From positions 800,001 through 864,000 of the forward strand of contig CAWHXD010000008.1 of assembly GCA_963833225.1 (NCBI GenBank): a stretch of 64,000 nt of DNA, written 5' to 3'. The position numbers and the translations under genes were made by a program. The stretch is from an uncultured Chloroflexia bacterium (lineage in GTDB: Bacteria; Chloroflexota; Limnocylindria; Limnocylindrales; CSP1-4). Positions 60,071-64,000 of this stretch are shown here, in pieces (position 1 is the first letter of the stretch; each line of letters starts with the position of its first letter). The notes below the pieces were generated by a model. The model saw only the letters and a program-made list of their open reading frames with translations, did not search any database and was not told the DNA's origin.

Positions 60071-61348
60071 ATGGAGCGTCCGGTGCTCGCCGTGGTCTTC
60101 GGCACCTTCACCCTGCGTCTCGCGACCGGCGTCACGGGCGCCATGCTCATCTACTACTACGCTGTCATGCCGCGCTACGGCGGCGAGGCCGTGGAGCCCT
60201 GGCAGGTGGGCCTGCTCGGCGCGCTGTTCTACGCGAGCGAGCTGGTCGGGTCACCCATCTTCGGGATCTTGTCCGACCGTGTGGGACACCGTCGAATCAT
60301 GCTGGTGGGGCCAGCGTTCGGCGCGGTCGCGGTGATCATCACCGCCCTCACCGTGAGCTTGCCGGTCATCGGCCTCACCCGCCTGCTCGAGGGCGGATCG
60401 ACCGCGGCCTCGGTGCCATCGATCCTGGGGTTCATCGCCTTCGCGACGGCCTCCGACGAGCTGATGCGCGGCAAGGCGGTCGCCCGCTTCGAGGCGGCGA
60501 CGCTGGCCGGCCTGCTGGCGGGCTTCGTGATCGCCGGCCCGCTGTTCGAGGCGCTTGGCCCGATCGCCTTCCTCGTCAACGCCGGCCTGTACGCGGTGTC
60601 CTTCGCGATCTATCGCTGGGGGGTGCCGCCCGGTGCGGAGACGGCGCCCTCCGCCCGCGGCCACGATCCCGACGAGGGCTTCCGGCGATACCTGCGCATC
60701 CTCCGCGGATCGCACGTGTGGCTGCTCGCTCCAACCTGGATCGCGATCAATGCGACGCTCGGGCTGTACACCAGCCAGACGCTGTTCCAGCTGGTTCGAA
60801 AGCCGGATCCACGCTTCGTTGACCAGGTGCTGATGGGCGGCTTCGACCCATTGCAGGTGAGCGCCGGCCTCGCGGCAGGTGGCCTGCTGTTCCTCGCCGG
60901 CCTGCTGTATTGGGGCGGGCGGTTCCGCGAGCTGCGGCGGACATCGATCATCATCTATGGCATCGCGGGAGGCGCCGTCATGGTGGGCGCGGGCGTGGCC
61001 ATCAACCACGTCGGCTCCGGGTTCCTGCCCCTGCTGCTCGCCCTGGTCATCGTCGGGGCGGGCGGCCTGTTCGTGCTCGCCGGAGCCACGCCGGCGGCGA
61101 TCGGCCTGCTCGCGGACATGACCGAGGCCTACCCGCACGACCGCGGCGCGATCATGGGCCTGTACTCGGTCTTCCTGGGGATCGGCCAGATCGTGGGCAG
61201 CATCGCGGGCGGGTTCGCGGCCCAGTGGGCAGGGCTCGACGGTGTCTTCGTGGCCTCCCTCCTGCTCCTCGCCGTCGCCATCGTGCCCATCAGCTCGCTG
61301 CGTCGCTTCGAACACCAGGTCGGCACGCCGGCAGGCGCGCATGGCTGA
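60071..61348 (+). CDS. MFS transporter
   Basis: 12-TM pattern with motif A GILSDRVGHRR. Confidence 0.92.
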   Translation: MERPVLAVVFGTFTLRLATGVTGAMLIYYYAVMPRYGGEAVEPWQVGLLGALFYASELVGSPIFGILSDRVGHRRIMLVGPAFGAVAVIITALTVSLPVIGLTRLLEGGSTAASVPSILGFIAFATASDELMRGKAVARFEAATLAGLLAGFVIAGPLFEALGPIAFLVNAGLYAVSFAIYRWGVPPGAETAPSARGHDPDEGFRRYLRILRGSHVWLLAPTWIAINATLGLYTSQTLFQLVRKPDPRFVDQVLMGGFDPLQVSAGLAAGGLLFLAGLLYWGGRFRELRRTSIIIYGIAGGAVMVGAGVAINHVGSGFLPLLLALVIVGAGGLFVLAGATPAAIGLLADMTEAYPHDRGAIMGLYSVFLGIGQIVGSIAGGFAAQWAGLDGVFVASLLLLAVAIVPISSLRRFEHQVGTPAGAHG

Positions 61349-63082
61349 CCGGGGACGGCGGGTGTCGAACAGCTCGGCCAGAGTGCCCTCCCGGGCGCCG
61401 GCCAGCGTGTCGGCCAGAGTGCCCTCCCGGGCGCCGGCCCGGCGCCGGCCCGCGTCGTGCGCGGCGCTCGTGGGGCCGTCGTCGCTCCACACCACCTGGC
61501 ATCGGCGGCCGGGCTGGCCATCCTCGCTGCCGGCGGCCACGCGGTGGACGCCGCGATCGCCGCCAACGCCGTCCTCGCCGTGGTGATGCCCAACGGTTGC
61601 GGGATCGGCGGCGACGCGTTCTGGCTTGTCTGGGACGAAGCGGCCGGCGAGCAGGTCGCGCTCAATGGGTCCGGACGAGCGCCGGCGGGCGTGGATGCCT
61701 CGACGCTCCGGACCGCGGGGCTGGACCGCATCCCCCTCCGCGGCCCGATCCCGATCACCGTGCCCGGCGCCGTCCGCTCCTGGGCGGACGCCCATCGGCG
61801 CTGGGGGCGCCTGACGCCCGGTGCGCTGCTCGCGGCTGCCATCGAGCAGGCCGACGCCGGCTTCCCGGCCTGGGACGGGCTGGCGGCCGCCGTGGAGGAG
61901 ACCGCGAGCAGCCTGCCGCGCGAGCCGTGGGCGTCGGGCTTCCGCGAGGTGTGGCGGCCCCATGGCCGGCGCTGGCGGCCGGGCGAGATCATCCGGCTGC
62001 CGGCGCTGGCGGCCACGCTCCGGACCCTCGCCTCGGACGGATTCGACGCGTACTACGAGGGCAGCCTGGCCGACAGGATCGTCCGCGCGCTCGGCGCGGC
62101 GGGTGGGGCACACACGATCGGGGACCTGCGAGGCCATCGGAGCACGTGGGGCCAGCCGATCTCCACCGCCTACCGGGGCATCAGGGTCACGACGCATCCG
62201 CCCAACAGCAGCGGGCTCCTTGCCCTCGAGATCCTCAACATCCTGGGCCAGTTCGAGCCCCCCTCTGCCGCGAGGTTCGGTGGCCGTGGGTGGTCGGATC
62301 CGGCCTGGCTCCATCTCCAACTGGAGGCGGCGAAGCTGGCCTTCGAGGACCGCGACGAGACCCTGACCGACCCAGAGCTCGCGACCGTGCCGGTGGATCG
62401 CCTGCTCTCCCTGCAGCATGCCGTGGATCTCGCCGCCAGGATCGATCCGCGACGGGCGGATCCCGCCCGGCCACCGGCGCGAACCCTGGTGGGGGGCACG
62501 ATCTGGCTGGGCGTGGTGGATTCGGCGGGCAACGCCGTGAGCCTGATCCAGTCCAACGCGGCGGGATTCGGATCAGGCGTGGTCGACCCCCTGACCGGGA
62601 TCCACTTCCAGAACCGTGGCGCCTCGTTCTCGCTGGATCCCGGCCACCCCAACGTCCTCGCGCCCGGCAAGCGGACGGCGCACACGCTGATGCCGGGCAT
62701 GCTGTTTCGTGAAGGCGACCGGCGACCATGGGTCGTCGCCGGATCGATGGGCGGCGACATCCAGCCCCAGATCCACGTCCAGCTGGTGTCGGCGCTCGTG
62801 GACGGCGGCGCAGACATCGCCACCGCGGTTGCGGCCCCCCGCGTCACCGTGGAACCGGACGGCTGGCTCGCGCCCCCGGTCCACGTCATGGCCGACGGAC
62901 GGCTGGGTCGGGGCGTGGAAGCCGGCCTGCGGGCCCTCGGCCACCGGCTCACCCGCACCGGGTACGACGGCGGGCTGGGCCACGAGCACGCGATCGAGCT
63001 GGTGGATGGGGGTCCGGCCGCCGGGGGCTCCCTGGCCGCGACGACGGACCCTCGGAGCGCGGGGCTGCCCGCTGTCCGCTGA
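61341..63082 (+). CDS. ggt: Gamma-glutamyltransferase family protein (possible frameshift near 61450)
   Basis: GGHAVDAAIA, GIGGDAF, TVPG, PPNSSG, GGT autocleavage Thr, FGSG, HTLMP, GSMGG..QPQ and DPR. Confidence 0.92.
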
Positions 63083-63191
63083 GGCCGCGCCGGGCCGGTC
63101 GCGATCGGCCCGGATGGTATCCTCCGCCAGCCAGTGGCAGCCGCGCTCACACCGACCAGCGGCCGGCAACGTGTGGACACCGGAGGCGCCA

Positions 63192-63464
63192 GTGACCTCG
63201 AACGTGGGCCAGAACTACCCCTATACGAGCGAGACCGCGGCCGAGCGTGAATCTGCCGTCGCGGCACTGATCGATGGCCGCGAGGGTCTCGCCGACACGC
63301 TCAAGGCCGAGTCGCTGCCGCTCGATGAGAACGACCGCTGGTGGGTCTGGAAGTGCCCCACCACGGGATGTCCCGGGCTCCTGCATGCGGCCGGCTATGC
63401 GATCGAGAAGCGAGCCGTGTACACCGTCTGCGACGGAACCTGCGCCAGGACGTTCCTGCGCTAG
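63192..63464 (+). CDS. Small Cys-rich putative metal-binding protein
   Basis: SD GGAGG, then VTSNVGQNYPY...WWVWKCPTTGCPGLLH...VCDGTCARTFLR. Confidence 0.75.
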   Translation: MTSNVGQNYPYTSETAAERESAVAALIDGREGLADTLKAESLPLDENDRWWVWKCPTTGCPGLLHAAGYAIEKRAVYTVCDGTCARTFLR

Positions 63465-63492
63465 CGCGCCCGCGGGCGGACAGGGCGCAGCC

Positions 63493-64000
63493 GTGAAGCC
63501 CGACCTGGACCTGCGCGCCGCACGACGGCGCCTCCTCCTCGACACGGCCGGCATCGCCGTGTCCGTGGTTGGGTTCGGGTTCGTGTTCGGCCTGGCCGCC
63601 CGCAACGCGGGCTACTCCCCCATCGAGGCCATGGCGATGAGCACCCTCGGGTTTGCGGGAGCGGCGCAGTTCGCGGCGGTCGGCTATGTCAGTGCCGGGC
63701 TGCCGTGGGTGCCGATCGTGGTGCTCACGTTCTTCCTCAACGCGCGCCACCTGCTGTACAGCGCCTCGCTGGCACCCCGGCTGAGGCACGTCCCGTTCCT
63801 GCACCGCGCGGCGATGGCCCACGTCCTGACCGACGAGGCCTTCGCGCTCGCCGCAGCGCACTTTCACCGGCTGGGCCGCGTGGACATCGGTGGGTACTGG
63901 ATCGGTGCCGTGCTCGGGGTGTTCATCCCCTGGAACCTCGCCACGCTGGCCGGCGTGCTGGCGGCCGGGACGATCCCGGACCCGGCCGTGCTGGGGCTCG
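63493..64000 (+). CDS. azlC: AzlC-family branched-chain amino acid exporter (partial)
   Basis: Manual translation gives GFVFG, FAGAAQF, LNARHLLYS and LTDEAFA. Confidence 0.9.
   Translation, partial: MKPDLDLRAARRRLLLDTAGIAVSVVGFGFVFGLAARNAGYSPIEAMAMSTLGFAGAAQFAAVGYVSAGLPWVPIVVLTFFLNARHLLYSASLAPRLRHVPFLHRAAMAHVLTDEAFALAAAHFHRLGRVDIGGYWIGAVLGVFIPWNLATLAGVLAAGTIPDPAVLGL

Overview
Very GC-rich bacterial chromosomal segment (by eye above 70% GC) made mostly of core metabolism. The gene set (class I LysRS, T-box, heliorhodopsin, K+-independent H+-PPase) suggests a monoderm such as Chloroflexota, but that is inference. Contents in order: a response regulator and a secreted protein; tRNA-Arg(GCG) and tRNA-Ser(GCT); an enolase-superfamily enzyme; a shikimate operon (aroF-aroA-aroE-aroC-aroKB-chorismate mutase-gluQ) behind a candidate Tyr/Phe leader-peptide attenuator; cydABDC with a Cys-rich PAS-LuxR regulator; a trp operon under a Trp T-box, with an apparent TrpC-TrpF-TrpB fusion; an ECF sigma with a propeller anti-sigma; an XRE protein; heliorhodopsin; tRNA-Ser(TGA); serS, lysK, greA, argR, uppP and hppA; lepB plus an orphan Nuo/Mrp-like membrane pair; ndk; an M16 peptidase; an NCS2 permease; coaX-coaBC-panBC; a DRTGG protein; gdh; degV; MFS-ggt; and azlC. 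Many genes carry single-base frameshifts, most likely long-read assembly errors, so several boundaries are approximate. I saw no CRISPR array, integrase or transposase. The most promising unusual elements are the attenuator, the trp fusion, the PAS-LuxR/cyd module, the orphan Nuo-like module and pervasive leaderless promoters.
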